Origin: a virus | DNA length: 64,000 bases | IMG/VR virus record: IMGVR_UViG_3300047281_000098 | Span: 1-64,000 of that record | Reading direction: 5' to 3' (one strand) | Part shown: piece after piece, positions 25,238 through 35,966 of the stretch | Layout of the letters: each line of letters begins with the position of its first letter | Numbering within the stretch: the stretch's first letter is position 1 | Translations under genes and position numbers: made by a program | Notes under the pieces: generated by a model | Told to the model about the DNA's origin: nothing | Seen by the model: the letters and a program-made list of their open reading frames with translations, nothing else | Database searches by the model: none

Positions 25238-28200
25238 ATGGCAAATACAAAAGTCAGTCAATTACCAAGTCTAAATATAGTAGATTCTACTACTATATTC
25301 CTTACTAGTAGCAATACATCAGGCACAGAGACAAGCTATCAAGCATCAATCGGAAATGTCTCTAAGGCAATTCTTAGCAATTTGACTATCAGTGATCAGA
25401 CGATTACTGGTACTACAGCGAACGCGAACATTATACTTACTCCCAACGGTACTGGATATGTATCAGTTCCTAGACTGGCGCTACCAGTGGGTTCTTTAGT
25501 AGAAGAAACTATTCCAATCATCCCAATCATTGCGAATGTTATTCTAAATCAACTATTAGAGTTCTCTACTAGTAATGTAGGCCTTGTTCCTCCGGCATAC
25601 GGTATCACAATTGGTATCCCGGCTCCTTGGGCTGTGCTTGAACTAACCGCCGATCCTAGTCCTGTATTACAAATCAACGATGTGCTATCAGGACCCGGAA
25701 TTCCTGTCCCCTCTGCTGCTACATTCATTGGATCAGGTGGATATTCTAATGTGGTTATTACTAACAAGACATTTGATGGGTTACCTCTGCCTCTGCCCGG
25801 TTATGGCACTGACATTGCCATTACACGAGAAGTGACACTGGCAAGCCTTGCGATGTCTACTATTGCCAACACCAATGTAGCACTGACTCCAGGTCTTGGC
25901 GGTGTCGTGGTAGTAGACGGCAGCATATTACCTTATGTTGATAATCTCTACACTCTTGGTTCACCTGAAAAACGATTTAGCAGAGCATATTTTGGTCCTG
26001 GCACCATTTATCTATTAGATGATATTCTAGGGGTTGACCTGACTTTGGCAGCATCCAATGGTAACTTAGTAGTAGGTGGCGGGTCAGGACTTAGTGTAGG
26101 TAAATTCAACTTATTCGGTAATACAATAACACTGGACAGCCCAACGGAAGACTTCTTTATTGGTAATGTCGGATCAACTGGTAATCTAACCGTCAACAGA
26201 CGATTCAATGTTGAGAATTCAACTGGTGCTTGGAAATTGTTTGATATTAACCAGTCGACTGGTAGTACCACATTAATTTCTAATGTAGTCTCTGATGCGA
26301 CCAAGGCAGCTTTTGAAATTATAGGTAGCACTTCACGCGATATTAATCCTCCTAATAATTTCGGAGTGTTACTACATACATCAGGAACAAGTAACTATCC
26401 GTCTCGTATTTACAATGACAGCTACGGCGATGGCACTACCAAGTATTCTGCTTATATTGGTCGACATGCCAGAGGAAATGCGCTTGCGCCCACTCAAACA
26501 CTAACCGGCGATATCATTAGTCGCATTGGATCTAACCCGGCGGATAGTTCAAACAGCTTTGCTCCTATCTCTACTACTCGCATTGATTTTGTTAATTCAG
26601 AAGATCAAACTCCAACGGCACGCGGTGGTCAGATTCAATTTTGGGCTACTCCAATCGGCAGTGATGTCATTGGTAAAGTAGTTACAGTGACGGATACTGA
26701 TTTAGTATTCAAACCATCAGCTAATAGAGGTATCACCTTCGCTGACAATACTCGTCAGACCACAGCATTCAATGCTTCTGCTGCTGTAACATACATCACG
26801 GCAGGATCAGGTCTGTCAGGTGGAGGAACAGGCAATGTTGCGCTGAACGCAACTGGTGTTCAGAATGTATTCTCTTACTCTAATAATCAGATTATCATCA
26901 CTGATGCTGGTTCAAAGAATCTAACACTAAGTCTACCGCAAGACATTAATATAAATTCATCAGTTACATTCTCAAATGTTACTGTGACTGGTAATTTGAA
27001 TGTAGAAGGCAATACGATTACAGCTAACAATCTGGTCATTCTAGACAAAGTTATATATCTTGCTAATACAGCAACAAGTAACACTGCTATCAATCAAGGC
27101 GGCATTGTACTTGGCAATGTGTCTGAACCGTGGTCACGAAGTATTCTATATGATTTGAGCAATGACCGTTGGGATACAGATGGTGCCGGATTAAAGACAC
27201 TGGCTCTTACCGCCGGTGATGTGTATGTAGCTAATCTATTTGCTAATGGCGTTGCTCACTTCGGTGAAGCTGTCGCAACAATAGATTATCCTAATGCCAC
27301 AATCCAAGCTGATAGTGATATTAATTCGTACAGTCAAATTGTTGCTGTAAATCATAGCTCAGGAACTGATGCTAGTACAGACTTTGTTGCGGTAAATAAT
27401 ATCGGAAATGACGGTAACAATTACATAGATTTGGGTATTAATTCTAGCAATTATTCAAATGTTGATTACGGACTGACTGGACCAAATGATGGGTATCTAT
27501 TCATCAACGGAGGTAACTTAGCTGTAGGCACGCAAACTGCTGGTAAAGTTATTGATTTCTTTACAGGTGGAACTGCGAATACTACATTCATTCGTGCTAA
27601 CATCACTGATATTGGTCTTAACGTGTTTGGTAATGTGTCAGCACAAAACGCTAATCTTGGCAACGCAACAACGTCTAATTACTTTATTGGTAACGGATAT
27701 TATCTAACTGGTATTCGCGGAGCGAATGTAACCGGAGCAGTAGCTTACGCAACTACTGCTAACTCAGTAGCAGGTGCTAATGTATCCGGTGCCGTTAACC
27801 TATCTACTTACGCAACTACAGCAAATGCGGTAGCAGGCGCTAATGTATCAGGTGCTGTTAATCTGGCAACATATGCGACACAAGCAAACGCCGTAGCAGG
27901 TGCTAATGTCTCTGGTACAGTAGCTAATGCGACATACGCAATAAGTTCCGGCTCAGTAACCAATGCGTTGACAGTTAACAACAGTGGTACAGGCGCCGCA
28001 TCAGGAGCTACATTCAATGGCGGCAGTGCTGTTACTATCTCTTACAATACAGTTGGAGCACCAAAAGCTGACGGTACAGGGGCATCTGGCACTTGGGGTA
28101 TCAGTATCTCAGGAAGTTCAGCTTCGTCTAACTCAGTAGCAGGTGCTAATGTCTCAGGTGCTGTGGCATACGCAACTACTGCTAACTCAGTAGCAGGTGC

Positions 28201-28969
28201 CAATGTCTCCGGTACTGTTGCTAACGCTAACTACGCTGCTTACGCAGGTAATGTTACTATTGCCGGCCAAGCTAACATCACTTCAGTTGGAACTCTAACA
28301 AGTCTGACAATAGGTGCTGGTAATCTAACTACTAATCCAATCACACTAACCTCAGGATCACTACAAACATCTACTTCAGCGGGAGATTTTGAATACGATG
28401 GTAAAGTCGCATACTTCACTCCATCTGATGCGCAACGTGGTATCATCCCTGCGATTCAAGTATTCATTCCAAATGCCAATGTTGCGTATTCCAATACGAC
28501 TGCGTTACAATCTATGTTTGGTCTGACAAATGGAGTAGGTGTCACCGCTAACACTAAGTATTTGTACAGAATATGTGGCACCGTTCGCAAATCTAGTACA
28601 GCAACCGCGTCAATGCAATACGCAATGGAGGTGAACGGCGGCGCGACTATTCAACGACATTATTATCTAGTTAATCCATGTGGTGGCGCCGCACAGACAA
28701 CAGTGACTACAGCAACTATGATGAGTAATTATTTAACTAGTGGGTTTGGCACTGCGGTAACAGTAACAAATACCATATCATCTTCTGCTGGGTTTTACAA
28801 TTTCATTATTGACGGCGAGATAGAAATATTAACATCCGGCCAGATTAATCCACAAGTTGGATTTACTGGTACGCTCGGAACATCATCTTACATCGAAGCC
28901 GGATCGTCATTTCAAATATGGCCAGTTGGTAACATCACCGGCAATACTACAGTAGGTAACTGGTCGTAA
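25238..28969 (+). CDS. tail fibre / long virion fibre protein
   Basis: 1243 aa, N/T/G/S-rich, N-terminal KVSQLP, internal GANVSGAV repeats. Confidence 0.85.
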   Translation: MANTKVSQLPSLNIVDSTTIFLTSSNTSGTETSYQASIGNVSKAILSNLTISDQTITGTTANANIILTPNGTGYVSVPRLALPVGSLVEETIPIIPIIANVILNQLLEFSTSNVGLVPPAYGITIGIPAPWAVLELTADPSPVLQINDVLSGPGIPVPSAATFIGSGGYSNVVITNKTFDGLPLPLPGYGTDIAITREVTLASLAMSTIANTNVALTPGLGGVVVVDGSILPYVDNLYTLGSPEKRFSRAYFGPGTIYLLDDILGVDLTLAASNGNLVVGGGSGLSVGKFNLFGNTITLDSPTEDFFIGNVGSTGNLTVNRRFNVENSTGAWKLFDINQSTGSTTLISNVVSDATKAAFEIIGSTSRDINPPNNFGVLLHTSGTSNYPSRIYNDSYGDGTTKYSAYIGRHARGNALAPTQTLTGDIISRIGSNPADSSNSFAPISTTRIDFVNSEDQTPTARGGQIQFWATPIGSDVIGKVVTVTDTDLVFKPSANRGITFADNTRQTTAFNASAAVTYITAGSGLSGGGTGNVALNATGVQNVFSYSNNQIIITDAGSKNLTLSLPQDININSSVTFSNVTVTGNLNVEGNTITANNLVILDKVIYLANTATSNTAINQGGIVLGNVSEPWSRSILYDLSNDRWDTDGAGLKTLALTAGDVYVANLFANGVAHFGEAVATIDYPNATIQADSDINSYSQIVAVNHSSGTDASTDFVAVNNIGNDGNNYIDLGINSSNYSNVDYGLTGPNDGYLFINGGNLAVGTQTAGKVIDFFTGGTANTTFIRANITDIGLNVFGNVSAQNANLGNATTSNYFIGNGYYLTGIRGANVTGAVAYATTANSVAGANVSGAVNLSTYATTANAVAGANVSGAVNLATYATQANAVAGANVSGTVANATYAISSGSVTNALTVNNSGTGAASGATFNGGSAVTISYNTVGAPKADGTGASGTWGISISGSSASSNSVAGANVSGAVAYATTANSVAGANVSGTVANANYAAYAGNVTIAGQANITSVGTLTSLTIGAGNLTTNPITLTSGSLQTSTSAGDFEYDGKVAYFTPSDAQRGIIPAIQVFIPNANVAYSNTTALQSMFGLTNGVGVTANTKYLYRICGTVRKSSTATASMQYAMEVNGGATIQRHYYLVNPCGGAAQTTVTTATMMSNYLTSGFGTAVTVTNTISSSAGFYNFIIDGEIEILTSGQINPQVGFTGTLGTSSYIEAGSSFQIWPVGNITGNTTVGNWS
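27719..28235 (+). repeat. 18-aa fibre repeats (A)GANVSGAVxxATxANxV
   Basis: six GANV(S/T)G units in two clusters; boundaries approximate. Confidence 0.8.
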
Positions 28970-29006
28970 TAAGTGTGCGGGCTAACTACCCGCATAAATA
29001 CTTATT

Positions 29007-29285
29007 ATGAGTACATTTGATCCTTTTAATCAGGCAAGGTTACAAAACGGACTGTCAAAGGTCCGTTCTGCCCAGTTGCCTGAACAAGATATGTCATTGG
29101 ATGAATTGAAGAGATTAAGTGGAGTTGATAAAATTAATTCTGAATCTACTAATCAAATTACCAATGAACAGAAACATCAGTTTATGCGAGAGAACAATAT
29201 TAGACCCGGTGACCAAGCCTGGTTTAAACTTTGGCATGCCAAGCCGCATTTAACCGGTGAAGATCCGTTTGGAAAGAGTAAATGA
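29007..29285 (+). CDS. hypothetical late protein upstream of terminase
   Basis: TAAATA 6 nt upstream; LDELKRLSGV motif. Confidence 0.7.
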   Translation: MSTFDPFNQARLQNGLSKVRSAQLPEQDMSLDELKRLSGVDKINSESTNQITNEQKHQFMRENNIRPGDQAWFKLWHAKPHLTGEDPFGKSK

Positions 29286-30850
29286 GTAAAAATGATATCA
29301 AGGCCCCCAGCCTAATTAAGAATCCGTATGTAAAAACGCAGTTTAATACAGAGAAAGAGTTACAAGACTTCATACGATGCTGTGACCCTGATACAGGTTA
29401 TCTATACTTCATGGATAACTTCTTTATGATTCAACATCCCACACAAGGTGCGATTCAGTATCACCCGTATGAATATCAAAAGCGTCTGATAAACACATAT
29501 CATAACTATCGCTTTAGTATATCATTGATGCCACGCCAAACTGGTAAGTCAACTAGTGCTGCTGGATATCTGCTTTGGTATGCCATGTTTGTACCAGACT
29601 CAACTATTCTTATTGCGGCGCACAAGTATACAGGTGCTCAGGAAATCATGCAACGTATCAGATACGCATATGAAAACTGCCCCGATCACATTAAAGCAGG
29701 CGTCACTACATACAACAAAGGCAATTTAGACTTTGAAAATGGTAGTCGTATTGTATCAGCAACAACGACTGGTAATACAGGGCGTGGTATGTCTATTACA
29801 CTGTTATATCTGGATGAGTTCGCATTCGTGCGCCCATCAATTGCTAAAGAATTCTGGACTTCTATCACACCAACGCTATCAACTGGTGGTAAAGCTATTA
29901 TCACAAGTACGCCAAACTCGGACGAAGATCAATTTGCTCTTATTTGGAAGCAAGCTAATAAGACTGAAGATTCATACGGTAACAAAACTGAGCTAGGCAT
30001 CAACGGATTCAGAGCATATCGTTCATTCTGGGATGAGCATCCAGATCGTGATCAAAAGTACGCAGATGAAATGAAAGCACAGTTGGGCGAAGATAAGTTT
30101 AAACGAGAAATTGAATGTCAATTCTTAATTGCGGATGAAACTCTTATCAATCCTAATACACTGATTATGATGGAGGGCATTGAGCCGATTCTTCGTCAAG
30201 GTCAGATCAGATGGTACAAGACCCCGACTAAAGGCAAGGTGTATGTAATTGCGCTTGATCCTAGCATTGGAACGGGCGGTGACCCTGCTGCCATTCAAAT
30301 ATTTGAAGCGAATACAACTACTCAGGTTGGTGAGTGGAAGCACAATAAGACTGACATTCCAGCACAAATCAGGTTGTTGGCGCAGATCAGCAAGTACATA
30401 GTAGAATGTACTGGTGAACCCAATAACATCTACTACTCTGTTGAAAACAATAGCATTGGTGAAGCCTCGTTGGTGTCACTGAATGAATACGGCGAATCTA
30501 ATATCCCCGGCGTGTTTATCAGTGAACCCGGTAAGCAACGCAAAGGCTTTAACACCAGCAATAAGTCTAAATTAGCAGCGTGTGCCAAGTTCAAAACTCT
30601 GCTTGAGAGTAAAAAGCTCACTGTCAATAGCTTTGGCCTTATCTCTGAATTGAAATCGTTTGTGGCTCACGGTGGAAGTTATGCTGCTAAACAAGGTGAT
30701 ACTGACGATTTAGTCATGTCTACGCTGTTAGCAGTCAGAATTATTCAACAATTAGGTGATCACTATACAGGTATTGAATCGCAGATTCGTGATTATGATG
30801 AAACTTACATTGCCCCGTTTCCTTTCTTTGCTGTATTGCGCGGTGGATAA
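29282..30850 (+). CDS. terL: terminase large subunit (T4 gp17-like)
   Basis: YEYQ, PRQTGKST Walker A, LYLDEFAF Walker B, STPN, ALDPSIG, DDLVM. Confidence 0.97.
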   Translation: MSKNDIKAPSLIKNPYVKTQFNTEKELQDFIRCCDPDTGYLYFMDNFFMIQHPTQGAIQYHPYEYQKRLINTYHNYRFSISLMPRQTGKSTSAAGYLLWYAMFVPDSTILIAAHKYTGAQEIMQRIRYAYENCPDHIKAGVTTYNKGNLDFENGSRIVSATTTGNTGRGMSITLLYLDEFAFVRPSIAKEFWTSITPTLSTGGKAIITSTPNSDEDQFALIWKQANKTEDSYGNKTELGINGFRAYRSFWDEHPDRDQKYADEMKAQLGEDKFKREIECQFLIADETLINPNTLIMMEGIEPILRQGQIRWYKTPTKGKVYVIALDPSIGTGGDPAAIQIFEANTTTQVGEWKHNKTDIPAQIRLLAQISKYIVECTGEPNNIYYSVENNSIGEASLVSLNEYGESNIPGVFISEPGKQRKGFNTSNKSKLAACAKFKTLLESKKLTVNSFGLISELKSFVAHGGSYAAKQGDTDDLVMSTLLAVRIIQQLGDHYTGIESQIRDYDETYIAPFPFFAVLRGG

Positions 30851-30881
30851 GATAAATACTTAAATAGAAAAAGTCATTCAA

Positions 30882-32531
30882 ATGCCAAAAAATCAAGAAA
30901 CCCTTAATCGTAAATTATACAACACATTGCTTCGATATGAACCAGATACTCTGGATTCTGATGGCAAAATAACACCTGTACCAGAAGATGCTGAAGTATT
31001 TCAGTTCAAATTCCCTAGTCAGGAAGATGCTTCTGCGGAAAATGAAGGCGGAACTGTTGCTGTATCCATTGAAGGTTCTAGCAAACTAGTAATTTACTTT
31101 GATGACTCAGTGACTGAAGTACCAGGTTGGTCACAACTATTAATAAGTTTGAAGAATTGGGCACAAGGTAAACAGCTTGGCTTCCAACCAAAGAACAGAA
31201 ACCATCTAAACCCAGATATGGCTAAAAGGAAATATATGACAAACAAAGAAAAAGTAGCAGAAGGCTATTATGCCACCGGTAAGAAATCAAGCTACAGCGA
31301 TGCCGTTCCTGCTGTAAAGATCATTCTTCAACACAATCGTCAACTTGAAGAAGGCGAAGCGCGTTATCGTTCAATTGCGAAAATCTTTGTTGAAAATGCT
31401 GATGGAGAGCGTTTCTTGTTACCAACAAACAAGCCAGGTATTGCTCGTGTATTCGCACGCCACATTGCTGAAGGCGGTACTCCGTATGATGACGCAGGTA
31501 AGCACATCAATTCGTTAGTAGAAGAATATACAAAGATGGCTGGATTCGTTCGTGCCACTCGTAACAATCAGTTTAATGAATCCACTCAATCATTAGTAAA
31601 TGAAGGCATACAGCACTATCAATCATTGCGTGAAACTCTTCATAAAATGTCCGGTCGTAAAGGATATCAGTCATACTTTGAAAGCTGGTCACCTACTCTA
31701 ACTGAAGATGCTGACGATACAACCGATCTAAGCGAAATGTTTTCAAGTAACTCATTAGACCCACGCATTGAAAGTGTTATGCCTATTCTGCGTAAGTTGA
31801 ACAAGAGTATCAGCGAAATGACAGAGACAACTGAATTATCAAACTGGGCCGATGATCTTGTTGCTGAATCAATGGGTGATGATTTAGAAGAAGATGTGAC
31901 GGAAGCAGGCCTGAAATTCAACGGTGGCACTCCTGATGTAGATCATATGCGTGGTGCAGTTATGCGTGGTGGCGAAGGCAAGAGTAAAGTATGCCCTCAT
32001 TGTAACGGCAATCGTTATGTATGGACAAATTCAGAACAGGGCAAGACACCAAATCACCCATGGATTAATCCTAATACTGCTACACTAAAGTCTAAACAAA
32101 TTCCTTGCCCAACATGTGATGGTGGTAAGAAGAAAGGTGTGACGGAGGCTGAAAAGAATCCACACACAAGCGCACTAGGTAAAGCATTGTATCGTGACCT
32201 AAGCAAAGAGAAGAAGGCAAGTCCTGAACAAGTAGAAAAGAACAAAGCAAACTGGGCGAAGAACCCGCACAACCCTGCTAATAAACAGCAAGGTGTGGCG
32301 GAAGACCTAGACGCAAATCAAAAGCGTGTTGGTCAACTTGGACCACAAGAGAAAGCTGAAACAATTAGCCCGGTACTAGGTAGCAATCCAAAGCAACATC
32401 CTTTCAAAGGTAAGTTAGTTGGTGCGGATGAAAGCATTGAAGAAGCAACTGACTTGCTAAGCATTCCTGAATGTGATAAAGAAGAAGATCCACTTGATCG
32501 TATCAGAGCAATTATGAATCATCGTAGATAA
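30882..32531 (+). CDS. putative head-associated protein with variable C-terminal modules
   Basis: late promoter at about 30853; many (I/L/V)xE sites; CxxC...CxxC insert. Confidence 0.7.
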   Translation: MPKNQETLNRKLYNTLLRYEPDTLDSDGKITPVPEDAEVFQFKFPSQEDASAENEGGTVAVSIEGSSKLVIYFDDSVTEVPGWSQLLISLKNWAQGKQLGFQPKNRNHLNPDMAKRKYMTNKEKVAEGYYATGKKSSYSDAVPAVKIILQHNRQLEEGEARYRSIAKIFVENADGERFLLPTNKPGIARVFARHIAEGGTPYDDAGKHINSLVEEYTKMAGFVRATRNNQFNESTQSLVNEGIQHYQSLRETLHKMSGRKGYQSYFESWSPTLTEDADDTTDLSEMFSSNSLDPRIESVMPILRKLNKSISEMTETTELSNWADDLVAESMGDDLEEDVTEAGLKFNGGTPDVDHMRGAVMRGGEGKSKVCPHCNGNRYVWTNSEQGKTPNHPWINPNTATLKSKQIPCPTCDGGKKKGVTEAEKNPHTSALGKALYRDLSKEKKASPEQVEKNKANWAKNPHNPANKQQGVAEDLDANQKRVGQLGPQEKAETISPVLGSNPKQHPFKGKLVGADESIEEATDLLSIPECDKEEDPLDRIRAIMNHRR

Positions 32532-32532
32532 T

Positions 32533-33159
32533 ATGGCTAATTATTCTACCCTGGCGTACAAAGCATATCACTGGCTTGCTGACATTCCAAGTAAAATATC
32601 TTGGAGTAAAAAGCACGCCTTTACTGAAGTTGATAAAGAACAATTGGCTGAGCTACTTGCCTCTGGTTACTATGTAATATTAACAGGTAATCGTAGCCAT
32701 CTAAGCAGCGTGTTAGTATGTTTCTTATCTTGGGTAAAAACAGGAGTATGGGCACAGTACAGTCATGCTCTGATGAATTGTGATAACATCACTGACCCAA
32801 GTGATCGTAGTAGCTTTAAGTTTGTTGAGGCAACTTCAGTGGGAGTACATCATTCTACATTTGATGAAATTACTGAATGTGATACTCTATGTGTTCTTAC
32901 ACCAAAGAATATATCCAATGTAGAATGGACAGCAATTATTGACGCACTGGTCAAACAAGAAGGTACACCTTACGATGACTTGTTTGATTTGTCTGACACC
33001 ACTCACATAAGTTGTGTGGAATCGGTCCTTGATGCGTTGAAGGCTGCTGATTATGCTGATGATTTTGCTAATCTGGCAGCTATGATAGCTGATACGGGAA
33101 ATCTAGTTCCGCAGATGTACCGAAACTGTACTGACTTTACAGTAACTTTTGAAAAGTAA
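32533..33159 (+). CDS. permuted papain-like (NlpC/P60, YiiX-like) enzyme
   Basis: YSHA before GTPYDDLFD...ISCVE (His precedes Cys). Confidence 0.75.
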   Translation: MANYSTLAYKAYHWLADIPSKISWSKKHAFTEVDKEQLAELLASGYYVILTGNRSHLSSVLVCFLSWVKTGVWAQYSHALMNCDNITDPSDRSSFKFVEATSVGVHHSTFDEITECDTLCVLTPKNISNVEWTAIIDALVKQEGTPYDDLFDLSDTTHISCVESVLDALKAADYADDFANLAAMIADTGNLVPQMYRNCTDFTVTFEK

Positions 33160-33196
33160 ACGGGTAATAAAAAATTATTTAATTTGCCAGATGGAC

Positions 33197-33234
33197 TAAA
33201 TACAGTTGACATTCAGAGTTTATTTCTATATAAT
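33197..33234 (+). promoter_or_regulatory. late box plus sigma70 promoter for ssb
   Basis: TAAATA then TTGACA(33206)-17 nt-TATAAT. Confidence 0.8.
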
Positions 33235-33309
33235 AGACTCTAAGTGCTAGTTATCTCATTCCGAGATAGCGACATTAAACGAAGACCAACTTAAATTTAG
33301 GAAACTATC

Positions 33310-34353
33310 ATGGCAACATCTCTCGCAGACATCCGCGCTCGTATCGCAGCGCAAGAAAACAAATCAGCACCAAAAGCATCAGCAGGTGACAACGCAATTT
33401 ATCCGCATTGGAACATGGAAGAAGGCACTATTGCCGGTCTTCGCTTTTTGCCTGACGCAAATACAATCAACCCTTACTTCTGGGTTGAGCGTAATATCAT
33501 CAAACTTCCATTCAACGGAGTCAAAGGTGACTCAAACAGCAAACGACTTGAAGTACAAGTTCCTTGTGTGGAAATGTACGGACCAGAATATGTTTGTCCT
33601 ATTCTAGCAGAAGTGCGTCCTTGGTACAAGGATGAGTCATTGAAAGAAATGGCTAACAAATACTGGAAAAAGCGTTCGTATTTGTTCCAAGGCTTTGTTC
33701 GTGCTAATCCAATTGGTGAAGACAAAGCACCAGCAAATCCTATTCGTCGCTTTATCATCAGTCCACAAATCTTTACAATCATCAAGTCTAGCTTGATGGA
33801 TCCTGAAATGGAAGAATTGCCAACTGACTACCTTAAAGGTCTTGATTTGAACATCAAGAAATCTTCTAAAGGTGGATACGCTGATTACTCTACTTCAACT
33901 TGGGCACGCAAAGAATCCGCGTTGACTGAAGCAGAAGCAGCAGCAATTGAAACTCATGGATTGTTTGATCTGGCCAGCTTCTTGCCTAAGAAGCCAGGTG
34001 AAGCTGAGTTGCGTATCATCAAGGAAATGTTTGAAGCATCAGTTGATGGTCAACCATATGACTTGGAACGTTGGGGTGCTTACTATCGTCCATGGGGTCT
34101 TGAGGCTCCAGCTGGTGCAGCTAACACTGGTTCACGACCAGCCCCAGCAGCACAGCCTGCTACTATCGCCCGTGCTCCGGCAGCAGCTCCAGTAGCTGAA
34201 TCAGCCCCGCAGGCTCAAGCATGGGAAGACGATGTTAAAGCTGCTGAAGAATCATTCAGCGCCCCAATTGCTGCCCCAGCTAAAGCTGCTGGTAGCGATA
34301 AAGCTACTGACATCCTAGCAATGATCCGCGCACGCCAGACAAAATCTGTCTAA
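33310..34353 (+). CDS. single-stranded DNA binding protein (T4 gp32-like)
   Basis: LRFLP, CVEMYG..CPI, YWKKRSY, GGYADYSTS. Confidence 0.9.
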   Translation: MATSLADIRARIAAQENKSAPKASAGDNAIYPHWNMEEGTIAGLRFLPDANTINPYFWVERNIIKLPFNGVKGDSNSKRLEVQVPCVEMYGPEYVCPILAEVRPWYKDESLKEMANKYWKKRSYLFQGFVRANPIGEDKAPANPIRRFIISPQIFTIIKSSLMDPEMEELPTDYLKGLDLNIKKSSKGGYADYSTSTWARKESALTEAEAAAIETHGLFDLASFLPKKPGEAELRIIKEMFEASVDGQPYDLERWGAYYRPWGLEAPAGAANTGSRPAPAAQPATIARAPAAAPVAESAPQAQAWEDDVKAAEESFSAPIAAPAKAAGSDKATDILAMIRARQTKSV

Positions 34354-34360
34354 AGTAACC

Positions 34361-34381
34361 AAGGGGACGCAAGTCCCCTTG
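34361..34381 (+). terminator. hairpin/terminator after ssb
   Basis: AAGGGGAC-GCAA-GTCCCCTT. Confidence 0.7.
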
Positions 34382-34398
34382 TCTTACGGAGAAGTAAT

Positions 34399-34626
34399 AT
34401 GACATTACCTGATGAACGCTATCGTGCCATCAAGCAAGGTAGAAGACTCTTAGAAGAATTGTGTGACCCTGGCAAGACACCTCGTGTTCCTAGCTTGGTT
34501 AGAGACCGAGCAAGAGCCGCACTTAGACATTACCCCAATGACGGGGAATTAGAAAATATCGCTGTAAGCTGTCCGGAGTTACTTGACACGCAACCATTCA
34601 GTGTGTATAATTTCACTAACAAATAA
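34399..34626 (+). CDS. conserved hypothetical protein
   Basis: MTLPDERYRA...ARAALRHYP; GGAG RBS. Confidence 0.75.
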   Translation: MTLPDERYRAIKQGRRLLEELCDPGKTPRVPSLVRDRARAALRHYPNDGELENIAVSCPELLDTQPFSVYNFTNK

Positions 34627-34638
34627 GAAAGAATATAT

Positions 34639-35715
34639 ATGGCAAAACCATTTGACTTATCAAAGTTTCGCAAAGGCGTAACAAAAAGTATTGAAGGTCT
34701 CTCTATTGGATTCAACGATCCAACTGACTGGATCAGCACAGGAAACTATGCGCTCAACTATTTAATCAGCGGTAACTTCAATCACGGTGTACCACTTGGT
34801 AAGGTAACTGTATTCGCAGGCGAATCAGGTGCCGGCAAGTCTTACATCTGTTCCGGTAACTTGATTAAGAACGCACAAGATCAAGGCATCTATGTTATTC
34901 TGATTGACTCAGAAAACGCATTGGATGAGGCTTGGTTACACGCATTGGGTGTCAAGACCACAGACGATAAAATGTTGAAACTCAATATGGCTATGATTGA
35001 TGACGTGGCTCGTGTTATCAGTGACTTTGTTAAAGAATACAAAACTCTGCCAGCCGATGATCGTCCAAAGGTCATGTTCGTTATTGACTCACTTGGCATG
35101 TTGCTTACTCCTACTGATGTGAATCAGTTTGAAGCAGGTGAAATGAAGGGTGACATGGGTCGTAAGCCTAAGGCATTGACCTCTCTTGTTCGTAACTGTG
35201 TGAATATGTTCGGTAGTTTGAACATTGGTATGGTGTGTACTAATCACTCATACGCATCACAAGACCCGTACAATCCTGATGACAAAATCTCGGGCGGCGC
35301 TGGATTCATCTACGCAAGTTCTATCGTTGTAGCTATGAAGAAACTCAAGCTGAAAGAAGACGAAGATGGTTCTAAGGTATCAGAAGTTCTTGGTATTCGT
35401 GCTGGTTGTAAAATCATGAAGACTCGCTACGCAAAGCCCTTTGAAGATATTCAACTTCATATTCCATACTCAACTGGTATGAGCCCATACAGTGGATTCT
35501 TTGATCTGCTTGAGAAAAAGGGAATGATTGCCAAAGAAGGTAACCGTTACACTTACATTGATCTGAATGGTGTTGTTCATAAGTACTTCCGTAAGGAATG
35601 GAACAAGAACGCCAATGGCATTTTTGATCTGGTAATGCTGGAGTATGAAGAAAAGAATAAATCAGTAACTGCGTTGGCTACTGAGGATGAGGAAGAAGAA
35701 GGAGTAACTGAATGA
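34639..35715 (+). CDS. uvsX: RecA/UvsX recombinase
   Basis: GESGAGKS, IDSENA, VIDSLG, SGG, KTRY. Confidence 0.95.
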   Translation: MAKPFDLSKFRKGVTKSIEGLSIGFNDPTDWISTGNYALNYLISGNFNHGVPLGKVTVFAGESGAGKSYICSGNLIKNAQDQGIYVILIDSENALDEAWLHALGVKTTDDKMLKLNMAMIDDVARVISDFVKEYKTLPADDRPKVMFVIDSLGMLLTPTDVNQFEAGEMKGDMGRKPKALTSLVRNCVNMFGSLNIGMVCTNHSYASQDPYNPDDKISGGAGFIYASSIVVAMKKLKLKEDEDGSKVSEVLGIRAGCKIMKTRYAKPFEDIQLHIPYSTGMSPYSGFFDLLEKKGMIAKEGNRYTYIDLNGVVHKYFRKEWNKNANGIFDLVMLEYEEKNKSVTALATEDEEEEGVTE

Positions 35716-35966
35716 GTTTAGACATGATTTCTGAAGTGTGGGAAACATTGCGTTCTCACATTGATGCTAATGATCGTAAAGATGCCGCCGATTCGTTGAT
35801 CAATTTATTGATTGACCACAACTACGAAACAAGTGATATTAAATCTGAATTCAAGGGTGATAAAGATGTCATGGCCGCGCTGAAGTATTATGCTGAACAA
35901 CATGAAGTTGAAGAAGAATACGAAGATGACGGCGACGACGATGAAGACAACAGCGACGACTATTAA
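35712..35966 (+). CDS. acidic hypothetical protein
   Basis: tiled ORF with acidic tail. Confidence 0.75.
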   Translation: MSLDMISEVWETLRSHIDANDRKDAADSLINLLIDHNYETSDIKSEFKGDKDVMAALKYYAEQHEVEEEYEDDGDDDEDNSDDY

